The notes beneath the pieces were generated by a model, which ran no database searches, was not told where the DNA came from, and saw only the letters and a list, made by a program, of their open reading frames with translations. A DNA stretch of 64,000 nt, taken from positions 181,412,001 to 181,476,000 of the forward strand of contig OX597815.1 of NCBI GenBank assembly GCA_951406725.2. The letters run 5' to 3'. The stretch's first letter is position 1, and each line of letters starts with the position of its first letter. The DNA is from Octopus vulgaris (lineage: Eukaryota). Made by a program: the position numbers and the translations under genes. Of this stretch, positions 13,040 to 24,551 are shown piece by piece.

Positions 13040-15110
13040 CACGTCGCACAACTATTATTATTGTACGGGATTCAATGGTCTACATCGAAAGCACACAGCG
13101 AACTGCTTGCCAACCCGAACTGCCAATCGTTCACAGTTCTTTATAATAATGAGTCAGTCCAACTTTTAGTCACTTGAGGAGCGGTCGGAATCCTTTCACA
13201 ACATCTCTCCTTTTTATAATCAGTTTCACCTATCTTCTCCCCTTTTGAGAATTGAACTCCGCTCCGAGTTTTAGCATTTCTTACATTTACATTTAGTATT
13301 TCTTACATTCCAGTGGGAAAATCAGCACTCTCTGATTTTATTATTCTTTTTCTTAACGAACTCAATTGGTAATGCTCATTCAGTTCAAATTCCGCCGAGG
13401 TCGACTTTGCCTTTCATCCTTTCGGGGTCGATTAAATAAATACCAGTTACGCACTGGAGTCGATATAATCGATTTAATCCGTTAGTCTGTCCTTGTTTGT
13501 CCTCTCTGTGTTTAGCCCCTTGTGAGTAGTAAAGAAATTGGTAATGCTCATTCAGAGTAGTCCACTTTTTGGATAACTCCAATTTTTTCTAGTCTCTCTG
13601 ACTCTATGTTTACCTGTTCTAACGCTGCGAAAGGTACAGTTCGCTTTTGTTTCAATGTCGGTTAGTGTTTTCTTGTATTTGAAACTGCGCTTTTGATTTG
13701 GTACACAGACCTAATTTATCGGATAGAACTTCAGGAAAAATATTAAAAGAATTTTTTCAATTCGTCTGCGAATTATCTGTACTGGAGGAAAAACCATTTA
13801 CATTTTTACAGAAAAGATTTATGGAGAGGTACTATAAATCAAACAATTCCATCCAATCTATACCGATCAAGTTTGTTGTATTTTTTAACACAAAAACTTT
13901 ATCCTTTAATGTTTTTCACGAAATGTAACGTTACTTATCTATTTGTCCTTAACATATATGTTTTTTTCCCGAAACAGCACGAGCAATTTTTGAAGTTTCA
14001 TTTAATCTAGGCCTCCCGTTCTTTCCCCATGTATCTGTGTTAATTATTGAGATGTCGCTGCCTGTATCCAATTGTAACTCTATGTTTGTGTTGTTAATTT
14101 TTACATCCACAAATTCCTTTTGAGGCTCGTTCGTATTTTTCGTCTCCGATAATCCGTTTACGTGATTTTTTTTTCGGTTGAACCGTTCTTTAGGCTCTGT
14201 TCTACAATGTGTCTTTTTATGACCTATTTTACCAACTTTGAAGCGCTTTATCTTTTTAAACGGACGGTTATTTTGAAAATGTAGGCCACCGTACCCATAA
14301 CATGGATTCAGTCTTGATATTTTTTTGTCTATATTCTTACTCGTTACCAGTCGACACGTTTGAATCTGAGAACAATCTTTCTCTTCAGTTTTATTTGCGT
14401 CATGTCATAGATTAATAATCCTCTGGCATTCTTCTGCTACTGCCTGGAGAGTTAAATTTTCCTCCTGTTCTAATTTGTTAATATCCAGGAACATATATCA
14501 GCATCTTTGTTTGCAGTAAGCCCTGGAACAAAAATGAACTACTTGAACACATTTGGGGTTAACTCATTCAATTTGAATTTCTCACGCTCACTATTAACTG
14601 CTCAGGCATAGGTGATGAACTCTTCATAATTTTTTTGACCAAATTTAATCATTGCCAGCGAGGATTGAACAGGAAACTTTTTTCACTGAAAATTTTCGAT
14701 AAAATATTAATTGTTTCATCGAAACAAATCTCATCTGGCTTCTCCGGTAGAATATAATAATTATTATATTTTTCAGGTTTAGGAGGGGGTAACTTCCTTA
14801 AGAGTAATCATACTTTTTCCTCGTCGGACCAACTTTTACACTATTATTTGAAAATTTCTTCATATCTACGAAAATATGCAGAGAAGGTAATCCCTTCTGG
14901 ATTCTAGCTGAATTCTTCAATTGAATTTACTACACTGTCTGGCGAGTTTGAAACGTCCAAGAGAAACGCTAAGCTTCTTCAATAACACAGATGCTTCGAG
15001 AAACTTAGAAAAGGGAGGTTACTCAATAAACTTTCTTGCAAGGGAGATCATTCAACTATTTAGCTACGTAGATCACTAAACTATCTTTACATCAAGTCAC
15101 GTCCACCATA
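13040..15110 (-). mobile_element. Decayed Gypsy-type LTR retrotransposon remnant (gag + aspartic protease, internal deletion, probable PPT/3' LTR)
   Basis: - strand ITFSAYFRRYEEIF..WSDEEKV*LLLRKL..YILPEKPDEICFDETINILSKIF (gag-like); FVDVKINNTNIELQLDTGSDISIIN near 14040-14115 (DTG protease); purine tract 13204-13215 followed by TGTTGTG; many stops; ends uncertain. Confidence 0.7.
13384..13535 (+). mobile_element. 5'-truncated SINE family A, 20-bp TSD
   Basis: TSD AATTGGTAATGCTCATTCAG at 13364-13383 and 13536-13555. Confidence 0.9.
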
Positions 15111-15370
15111 GAACTCAGTTATTGTAAAGGACAAATGAAGTACTAAAAAAAAAAAAACATAATCTGGTTGTTTCGTAAATACTTGGAAAAGAAAACAACT
15201 TAGCATGCAAGTAGTATTTCTTAAATGATCACAAAGTCTATTTGCTTTCCTTGTATTCCTGATATTTCCAGCATCCGATAAAATATGGATTTCCCCCATT
15301 GAAAGAAAGAAACCGCGAAAATATGTAGTGTTTACCAATATCCCCAACTAGAATATCCTGAACACTTATG

Positions 15371-15761
15371 GGATCTTTTCCTTTTGAACGGCAGTTTTCA
15401 ACACAATTTCTAGTTAACTAAACACTAAATGTTTTATTATGACACATTCTACCAGTATACGAAGTTTAAAAGTGGTTAGTTAACTAGAAAAAAACGAAAG
15501 GCTAAAAATTTAGGGTTAGGGTTAGTGACAGGATGTTGTCTCAGTTTTAGACGCAGCAAATGATTTTAGCTCAATAGAGGCGATAGGATTGGTTAAAATT
15601 CGAAAAATTAAACTACGTTAAACTTACAAATTACAATTTTCTCAAGAAAGCCAAGAGACAAAAATGTTTTATTTTGACATATTCTACCAGTATACGAAGT
15701 TTAAAAGTGTTTAGTTAACTAGAAATTGTGTTGAAAAGTGCCGTTCAAAAGTAAAAGATCC
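15371..15761. mobile_element. MITE with GG-initiated TIRs and 8-bp TSD (Merlin-like)
   Basis: TIR GGATCTTTTCCTTTTGAACGGCA / TGCCGTTCAAAAGTAAAAGATCC (about 55 bp); TSD CACTTATG; internal TTAGGG repeats. Confidence 0.8.
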
Positions 15762-16419
15762 CACTTATGCAGTCCTTGTAGGACAAGTCACCTATAATAA
15801 AATACAAGGAAATCTATTGGGAGTCCATTCGGCATCTGCTTCATGGAGAACAGCTTGATACTCGTGATATTCATTTGAAAATCTGGAAATAAAGAATACT
15901 ACTTATACAAATAGTTATTAAATTTAATCAGAAATATTTCCCCGTCAAGGGAATAATTTCAAACAAACTTACAGCAATATATGTGAATTTGTCCAGCTGT
16001 GATACGTGTGTAATGAGTCTAAGAAAATATGATGTTGCTGTAAAATTGATTGGTTTCAAAAAATTATTAGTTGTACTAATTACCTGAGCGATATGAGTCT
16101 CGTTTATGCATTTTAAGCTTAAATTCATTTATTAGTTTCAACAATTAGATATGCAAGGAATGCAATTTCCATTTATCATTTTCGTTATAAATTGCACATA
16201 AAATTAATTTCTTTGCGGTAACTTTTACTTCTTAAAAAAAAAGCAAAAAATTTAGGAGTATTATAAAAAAAATGTTCGAATGTTTTCCAACAGAACCATT
16301 ACGCTTCTGGATTCATGACAAGAAAGTAAAAAGATACAGAATAAAACCGAGAAACTATTTTCTTTTGCGAGAAATATTTCAAACAATGAATTTCTTTTCG
16401 ATGAACATTCTCACCAATT

Positions 16420-16423
16420 TATT

Positions 16424-16479
<56 letters not shown>

Positions 16480-16510
16480 TATTATTATTACTATTATTAT
16501 TATTATTACT

Positions 16511-16551
<41 letters not shown>

Positions 16552-16653
16552 TATTATCATCATCATCATCATTATTATTATTACTATTATTATTATTACT
16601 ATTATCATCATCATCATCATTATTATCATTATTATTATTATCATTATTTATTA

Positions 16654-16741
<88 letters not shown>

Positions 16742-16762
16742 TATTACTATTATTATTATTAT
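16420..16762. repeat. (ATC)n/(ATT)n compound microsatellite
   Basis: Directly visible. Confidence 0.95.
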
Positions 16763-17116
16763 TGGTAACTGCTTTCACGGCTCTTTTAAACTTTATTATT
16801 CCAGAACATAAAGTTCTCTGCAGTATGAAAGAATGATAAATATTAAATTTCAGAAATGTGGGAAAAAATCTTACATTGTGCAGTAAATCTTTTCTAAGTA
16901 TATGAATTAATTACAGTTGAATTCGCTAATGGTAATTTATTTTTCTAATTCTTAAAAAATATACATATAGAACTGCGTTCCTCTGTGAGAAATTGAATTG
17001 AAAAAAAAAAACGAAACTGTTTTGGTAAAGAAGTCACGAAATAATATTTTGTACAACAAAAAGACATCTACATTATTTACATTTGACGGATATTTATCCT
17101 CATCTTGTTTGTTGTT

Positions 17117-17162
17117 AACACAACATTTCGGCTGATGCACTCTCCAGCCTTCATCAGGTGTC
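17117..17162 (-). ncRNA. Minimal type-I hammerhead ribozyme
   Basis: GACAC CTGATGA A GGCTG GAGAGTGCAT CAGCC GAA ATGT T GTGTT. Confidence 0.7.
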
Positions 17163-17317
17163 TTGGGGAATTTCGAACCTGGGTTCTCATTCCTAAGGTA
17201 CTTTTCGATGTTGTTGTTGTTGTTGTTATTATTATTATTCAGGTCACTGCCTGGAATCGAACTCGGAATCTTGGGGTTAATAACCCGCGCTCTTAACCAC
17301 TACGCCATATGCACGTG

Positions 17318-17371
17318 GGCGTAGTGGTTAGGAGCGCGGGCTACTAGCCCCAAGATTCCGAGTTCGATTCC
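17318..17371 (+). promoter_or_regulatory. Pol III type-2 internal promoter (A/B boxes); mirror copy on the - strand at 17253-17306
   Basis: A-box GGCGTAGTGG at 17318-17327, B-box GAGTTCGATTCC at 17360-17371; tRNA-like spacing. Confidence 0.7.
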
Positions 17372-17380
17372 AGGCAGTGA

Positions 17381-17412
<32 letters not shown>

Positions 17413-17488
17413 TAATAATAATAATAATAATAATAATAACATCGAAAAATACCTTAGAAATGAGAACCCATGTTTAAAATTTCCCTAA

Positions 17489-17533
17489 GACACCTGATGA
17501 AGGCTGGAGGGATATCAGCTGAAACGTTGTGTT
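17489..17533 (+). ncRNA. Minimal type-I hammerhead ribozyme
   Basis: GACAC CTGATGA A GGCTG GAGGGATAT CAGCT GAA ACGT T GTGTT: stem I, core, stem II, palindromic stem III ACGU, GUU site. Confidence 0.8.
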
Positions 17534-18174
17534 AACAACAAACAAGATGAGGGCAAATATCCATCAAATGTAAATAATGTACATAATTTCTCATTTCTTA
17601 AATATAGAACTGAAAAAGATATAATTTACGTTTATTGATCCTTCAAGATGCAGTATGAAAGACAGGACTTTTATTTTAAAAAAAGTTGACTTTCATTTCA
17701 TTCTTATATTAATCTTCATTGAAAAGTGGAACACTGTTTGAGTCAAAGTATTTCGTCTTCCTTGAAACATGAACTATTGTTTTTTGCCGAAGGTCAGTCT
17801 GGAATCAAGCATTCCAACTATGGTTGTCCCATTTTTTCAAGCATATTCTGTGTAATCGTTTTAAAATGGCAGTCTATTATTTTGAGGTGGAAGAGCAAGG
17901 TTTAGTAGGCTTTTTCAAGGAGGATGTCTTCAACTCAAAGGCCTGTTCTGAAAGCTTGCAACAGAGGGGCATCCTATAAATACATCCTACCACCAGATGG
18001 GGATTTCCAAGCGGGTGACTGATTAAATCTACCTTTCAATTTGGCTATTGTTTCAAGCACGTGAAATGACCGCCGAGGCAATCGCTTGTTGGCTTGGGCA
18101 ATGTCGTCTTATATGTCAAATTTCTTCTATCTTGAAAAAAACAACAAGAAAAATCATCGATTGGGTATGACACA

Positions 18175-18448
18175 TATGACCATGGAAAGAGCCATTTTAG
18201 AAATATCATTGCGAAAGATCATATCCGAAATGAGATCATTCAAGAACGGAGCTGACTGAACGATGTGATCGCAGAATACTGAAAGAAAAAGTTCCGCTGG
18301 GCCGGACATGTCGCAACGTTCACAGACAACATGAGGATCCGTGCAGTTGTCGGGTGGAACACAAGAGATAGGAAAAAGGTTATTTGGATGGTCTCCACGA
18401 CGATGGGAAGACGATTTGTTAAACGACTAGTGTCAAGATGGAAAATAA
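18175..18448 (+). mobile_element. Decayed RTE-type LINE C-terminal fragment
   Basis: MERAIL..DHIRNEII..KKFRWAGHVA..VVGW. Confidence 0.7.
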
Positions 18449-19047
18449 GGCGGTGAGATGGCAGAAACGTTAGCACGCCGAGCGAAATTCTTAGCGGTAT
18501 TTCGTCTGCCGTTACGTTCTGAGTTCAAATTCCGCCGAGGTTGATTTTGCCTCTCATCCTTTCGGGGCCGATTAAATAAGTACCAGTTACGCACTGGGGT
18601 CGATATAATCGACTTAATCTGTTTGTCTGTCCTTGTTTGTCCCCTCTGTGTTTAGCCCCTTGTGGGCAGTAAAGAAATAGCTATTTCGTCTGCCGCTACG
18701 TTCTGAATTTAAATTCCGCCGAGGTCGACTTTGCTTTTCATCCTTTCGGAGTCGATTAAATAAGTACCAGTTACGCACTGGGGTCGATATAATCGACTTA
18801 ATCTGTTTGTCTGTCCTTGTTTGCCCTCTCTGTGTTTAGCCCCTTGTGGGTAGTAAAGAAATAGGCATTTCGCCCGTCGATACGTTCTGAGTTCAAATTC
18901 CGCCGAGGTCGACTTTGCCTTTCATCATTTCGAGGTCGATAAATTAAGTACCAGTTACGCACTGGGGTCGATGTAATCGACTTAATCCGTTTGTCTGTCC
19001 TTGTTTGTCCTCTCTGTGTTTAGCCCCTTGTGGGCAATACAGAAATA
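18449..19047 (+). mobile_element. SINE family A tandem trimer
   Basis: One full unit plus two headless units restarting at (G)TATTTCGTC; flanking ATGGAAAA(A)TA duplication. Confidence 0.9.
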
Positions 19048-20008
19048 AAATGGAAAAATATAGTGTATTCTAGATGGAATTGGAAGTGCAATGTGACCAG
19101 CGGTGTAAAACATCAACTGATGGTTTGGTCGACAATATGATGTCAAAGTAACCGCAATACCTGTTTTGCTATATTAGTTTTGTTTCAAAGTGTTGTAGTT
19201 ACGTATGTGTATTGGATTTCATTCAAACTTAAACAGCAAATCATTAACGTTTTCGTAGATCATATTAAAGTACCTTTCAACATCGGTTTTATTAGGAACC
19301 ATCACATTCCGTTAAGCTAACAAATATAATATTGTTCTTTCAATTCAATATTGGAGGAATACTTCTCGACTTGAAATGTTCATTTTTAGCATGTTTATTA
19401 AAATAAAATAACAAATTGCCTACCCTAAACCTAACTTACAGATTTGCATCATCGAAGAGAGAGTTAAGATCATTGATAGTAAAAAGATTCTACAGAACTA
19501 AGGAGTGAAAGGAATCTAATAATCACTGTTACCTGTCACTTATAACGATTTAAAGGATTTCATTTCTGAAGATTGTTACGGTTATCTTATCGGATTTGTC
19601 TTATCTAAATACTATTGCAAACTACTTTAAAGTGAAAAGTTTTAAACTTTGATTTTCTTGTAATATCTTCTTGAGGTTGTTTATATTTCAGCGTTACAAC
19701 TAATCATCTCTATAATGCTTTATATTTGCTATTGCTCCAGGAAACTTTAGAATTTTATGAGATAAATTCATTGAAAATATAACACAACCAACCAAATATA
19801 TAAAGTGCAGCATTCACACAAAATAAAATTAAATGGAAAACTGACGACTACTTTTTGTCTGATAGGCGAAATATTATTAAATATTCTGACACATTTTGTT
19901 TCCTTTCACAAATCAAAGAATATTGCTTAATAGATTACATCTGTAGATAATACATATTGGCTCGTCTTCAAAACAAAAAATAACAAGGATTTTAGGAAAC
20001 GTAAACGT

Positions 20009-20650
20009 AGGTGTGGGTGTGGCTGTGGCTGCGTGGTAGGAAGTTTGTTTTTCAACGACGTGGTTTTGGGTTCAGTTCTACTGCGCAGTACCTTTGACAA
20101 GTGTCTTTTGCTATAGAATTGGGCTCATCGTGAGGCTACCTCTTCGTTTATATATATATATGTATGCGTTTGCTCCCACCGTCACTTGAGACCGATAAAA
20201 TAAGCGCCAAGTTTAAAGAAAATAAACACTAATTCTGTTGTGTCTGGGGAGGGTCGTTCTCTTTTAGTGCCTTATAATTTAACACACACGCCGGTAAAAT
20301 TTCCACTCATTTCCTTCTTTATTTTTCTAAAATTTTCGTTGCCTCTTGCAACGTTTTCAATAGTAGTGACTCTCAAAAGTATTGAAAAGTTTACAAGACG
20401 CAACGAAAATTTTAGAAAAATACAGAAAGAAATGAATGGAAATTTTACCGGCGAGTGTGTTAAATTATAAGGCACTAAAAGAGAATGACCCTCCCCAGAC
20501 ACAACAAAATATGCTTGAACACACGAACTCACATAAAGAATCTTGCAAACCAAATCCCAAAACGAAACACTAATTCGTTCGACTAAAGTTCATCAAGGTG
20601 GCGGTCCAGGATGGCCGCTTTCTAATGACTGGAAAAACTAAGATAAAAGA
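20009..20650 (+). mobile_element. Old SINE family B copy interrupted by a palindromic element
   Basis: Head GTGGCTGCGTGGTAGG..GGGTTCAGT; resumes after 20576 with CGACTAAAG..GGATGGCCGC. Confidence 0.7.
20236..20564. mobile_element. Palindrome+tail element with HHR-like fold, 12-bp TSD
   Basis: Arms 20236-~20363 and ~20379-20506; tail 20507-20564; TSD AAACACTAATTC at 20224-20235 and 20565-20576. Confidence 0.85.
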
Positions 20651-21022
20651 CTGGGAAACACAATTGATACAATACAGAAGCATAAAAATAGCTTATTGTA
20701 TGTTAAGTTTGTTTTATCTGCTGAGATAACTCTACAAAATAATTATTCAATTGGCGCTGATGTTCCACATGCGCGATCGATGATGGTAAAACAATTAAAA
20801 AAATATAATATGAAAATTCTTTCATGATTAAGAGTTCCGCATCATTTACGCATTATGATCTGGAACAAACACGTAATGAATAAATTTTCGGTTAATTAAA
20901 CTTTGAATGATTGCTTTATCATTAAAAATTATTTAAATATTTTCTGTCTAAAAGTACATGTACATACGTATACATAAATACTCTCTCTCGCGCGCACGTA
21001 TGTATATGCATATGCATGTTTA

Positions 21023-21192
21023 ATCTTTTGTTTCAGATATAAGACAGCGGCCATGATGGGGTACCGCCTTGGATAAATTTACTCGAATAAATCGACTCCA
21101 GTATTTAATATTTTAAAGCCTGGTACTTATTCTATCGGTCACTATTGCCGAATTGCTAAGTTACAGAGACTTAAGCACACCGCATCAGGTTG

Positions 21193-21195
<3 letters not shown>
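21023..21195 (-). mobile_element. SINE family B 3' half
   Basis: GCGGCCATGATGGGGTACCGCCTT..CCTGGTACTTATTCTATCGGTC. Confidence 0.75.
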
Positions 21196-21235
<40 letters not shown>

Positions 21236-21596
21236 ATCTTCTCATCAGGAAAGATAAGGAGCCTCTTTCAGCCACAAGACGAACAAAATTTGGCGACCAA
21301 AGTGTAATGAGTGTTTTTTTAAGATAATCCGTTATAAACAATGACGTCAAAAATGGGTAGAAGGAGGAAGTAGTAAAAATAGGTAGGGGACAATATGTAT
21401 GCTGTATGTATGGGGATGTGCGGGCGTGTGCTTGTGTTAATGAGTGCGAGTGTTTGTGTATGTGTATGAGTGTGTGTATATAACTGCATTTGTGTCTGTG
21501 TGTGTGTATGTGTTATTGTGTGTGTGAGGGAGACAAACGTCAAATATACTTAGTAGTAAGGTGTAAAATTTGTGTCTGTGTGTTTGATTGTGCGTA

Positions 21597-21680
<84 letters not shown>

Positions 21681-21689
21681 ACATACGTC

Positions 21690-23003
21690 AAAGATATTTA
21701 GTAGCAATGGAACATATAACGGAGCAGAAAGAAAGTTCGAAGGCATAGGAAAGAATTTGTTTATGGCAGTGGTGTGGCCGTGAAGCTAATTGTTAAAACT
21801 ACAGTGGTTATCTATATCATTTATATGAGTGGTAAGAGTGTTTTTGCCAATGCTTACATTTGTACGATTTTTCTATGAGTGTGTTTACTAGGGGAACCTT
21901 GGCGAAAAGGATATAGAAGAGTTCAGAATTACAAATGTTACAAAATTTTCTGCCCTTATCAAAAGGAAAGGATACAGACAATATAAACCAATCCAACTTG
22001 AAAGTTATATTGTTGTCTTTAAGACGCCAAACTAATTTACTCAGTCCTGTACTATGTCGTTTTTTCTTATCTCGGAAAGTCGAATAATGACTGGAAATTC
22101 TCTTGGATAACTGAGAAGTTGTCGCACCTATATAGAAGAAGACATCGGTACCGGAAGAAATTCTACACTGGTAAATGGAATTCTTAATTTTGGAATTACT
22201 GGACAAAAATTTTAATCTGTTAGGGTTTTCCTCCGAGATCGAGACGGAGTTTTTATTGTTATGATTGTTGCTTTTATTACTACTAGCGTTAACAACTGCA
22301 CTATTCCTATTATTATTATTAATTGCACTAGAACCAGCTATATCCCCGACATAGTACCGTTGTTGTTGTTACCATCAACATTACCGTTGTTATCAACCCG
22401 ACTAATACTATTATTAATATTATCATTGCTAACACTAACGCTGCTACGAATGCTGTTACTATCAATACTATTTCTATTATTATTGTATGATGGGTTGGGT
22501 GTTGGAACCCCCCGGTGAAGAATATTTGTTTAGCAGCTTGTTATTATGAGAAGCAATAATTTGCGAAAGATTCCTAGTGTTAGAGAATGCTATTCTTACC
22601 TTGTGTGAATTGATTATAGAATGATATCTAGAATTACGGGGAAAGTTCCTAGCAATGGCTTCACGGAACTGCAAGGGAAGGTTCGATTTGATTTGTTTTC
22701 CGAAAGGTATTACAAACCAGATACAGTTTTTCGTAGACTTTGAATTGTTCCTAGTGTTATTTGTGACAGTAAGGGGAAATTTTCTGTGTTGGAAATTTGG
22801 AGTAGGGTGGTGCTTACCTCCCCTAGTCCGTAAAGGATTTACCTTATGTACAGGAGTGCTGGCACTATTATAATTGAAATCATTATTTTTATTACGAGTG
22901 GTTTTCCTAGATTCAGAAGCATATGTTGGTTTAGAATAAGCTGGGTCGATGTATGATACTTTTTCCTTATAAACGGCTCTTGACAAGGCGGCGTTATAGA
23001 ATT
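21690..23003 (-). mobile_element. 5'-truncated Penelope-like retroelement (RT thumb/linker + GIY-YIG endonuclease), frameshifted
   Basis: [45 protein letters not shown] (22480-23000); SIYQC..FYIGAT..KRISSH..STGLSKLVW.LK..CNICNSE..CKH (21817-22206); microsatellites on both sides. Confidence 0.85.
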
Positions 23004-23014
23004 ATGTATATATG

Positions 23015-23104
<90 letters not shown>

Positions 23105-23284
23105 TAACACATATATATATATACACACATATATATATATATATATACACATATATATATATATACATACATATATACACATATATATATATATATACAT
23201 ACATATATACACACATATATATATATACATACATATATATACATATATATATATATACATACATATATACACATATATATATAT

Positions 23285-23317
<33 letters not shown>

Positions 23318-23334
23318 CATACATATATATATAT

Positions 23335-23385
<51 letters not shown>

Positions 23386-23470
23386 CATACATATATATAT
23401 ATACATATATATACATATATATATACATATATATATATATATGTATAAATATATATATATATATGTATAA

Positions 23471-23503
<33 letters not shown>

Positions 23504-23677
23504 AATGTATGTATATATGTATGTATATGCATATATATATATGTATATGTATGTATGTATGTATATGCATATGTCTATGTATGTATATGCATATGTATGT
23601 ATATATGTATGTATATGCATATATATATATATATTTATGTATATATGTATGTATATGCATATATATATGTATATGTA
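23004..23677. repeat. Long compound (TA/TACA/TATG)n
   Basis: Directly visible. Confidence 0.95.
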
Positions 23678-23792
23678 TTTCAACATTTCTGATCTAAGCA
23701 TCTTAATATATTTTCGGTGGTGTAGAATTTACAGTGTAATTATTGTTTTTCATTCCAGGTGCCATTATATTAAACATTTGCGAAGAGTAACC

Positions 23793-24053
23793 ATGCCATG
23801 CACAAAAAATTCAACAGAACTCTCAGATTTTCAAATTGGTCGTATTGTTGGGCAATCTGAGGCTGGTCTTAGCCAGCGAAAAATTGCCGAAAATCTTCAA
23901 ATTCCTCTTGTTACTGTTAATAGAATTATAGTGCAATTCAAAAGCCAAGGAAAAGAATCAACAGATTCTCGTCCCGGTCGACCTGGGCCCTCGGAAAGGA
24001 AGCTTCGCTGTTTGAAGAGAATTGTAGAAAACGAACCCCGTTTTGAAAATTAA
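23793..24053 (+). pseudogene. Tc1-family transposase N-terminal HTH fragment
   Basis: [48 protein letters not shown]; truncated before the DDE domain. Confidence 0.8.
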
Positions 24054-24132
24054 AGGTGTCTATTTACTTCCTGTATGTCTGTGTACATCTTGTATACACA
24101 AGAGCGTACACACACACACGCACACACACACA

Positions 24133-24184
<52 letters not shown>

Positions 24185-24185
<1 letters not shown>

Positions 24186-24400
24186 CCAGCCGGTCATGTT
24201 TCTGTCGGCTTCCAATCCCCTTCACAAAGCCAGCCCGACAACAAGATGCCATCAGCTTCCTGTCCAGACTCGCAACACAGGAAACTTTCGTTTTCAATGT
24301 ATCTGGCGTCGCTGCAATGCCAATTTCACTTCTAACAACATGATGTAACCCGCCTTGACCAAATAGCGGCTCAGTTTCCGGTAACCACATTGGACTTCTT
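24185..24400 (-). pseudogene. Possible decayed Tc1/mariner transposase C-terminus
   Basis: MWLPETEPL..TPDTLKTKV..LDRKLMASCC resembles the WPPxSPDLNP..LKxxI..IxxxC tail; weak. Confidence 0.3.
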
Positions 24401-24482
24401 GAATTTATTCATTCGGTAATCTGAGACTGAACGAACTAGGTTTCTTTTAAACAACATCAACAATTACACACACACACACACA

Positions 24483-24551
<69 letters not shown>

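Larger units (their letters stand above)
17069..17612. mobile_element. Palindromic head-to-head dimer of a tRNA-headed, HHR-bearing element with one-sided tail
   Basis: Arms 17069-17306 and 17318-17581; tail 17582-17612; TSD-like AAAAAGA(C/T)AT at 17058-17067 and 17613-17622. Confidence 0.85.

Noticed and set aside
15509-15525. Interstitial telomere or chromosome fusion
   Set aside because: Fewer than three TTAGGG units and internal to a MITE
17318-17382. tRNA gene (also the SINE heads at 903, 39650 and 62860)
   Set aside because: A/B boxes are present but there is no closed acceptor stem, and they continue into repeat bodies; these are SINE heads
18449-19047. CRISPR-like repeat array
   Set aside because: Units are ~180-bp SINE bodies with no unique spacers; eukaryotic context with no cas genes
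22839-23701. Long YI/HT/CV-repeat ORFs (also at 8.5, 28.6, 37.5 and 54-56 kb)
   Set aside because: Translations of (TA)n/(CA)n/(TACA)n tracts
24467-24550. (CA)n(GT)n inverted junction
   Set aside because: Simple microsatellite fold-back with no unique sequence
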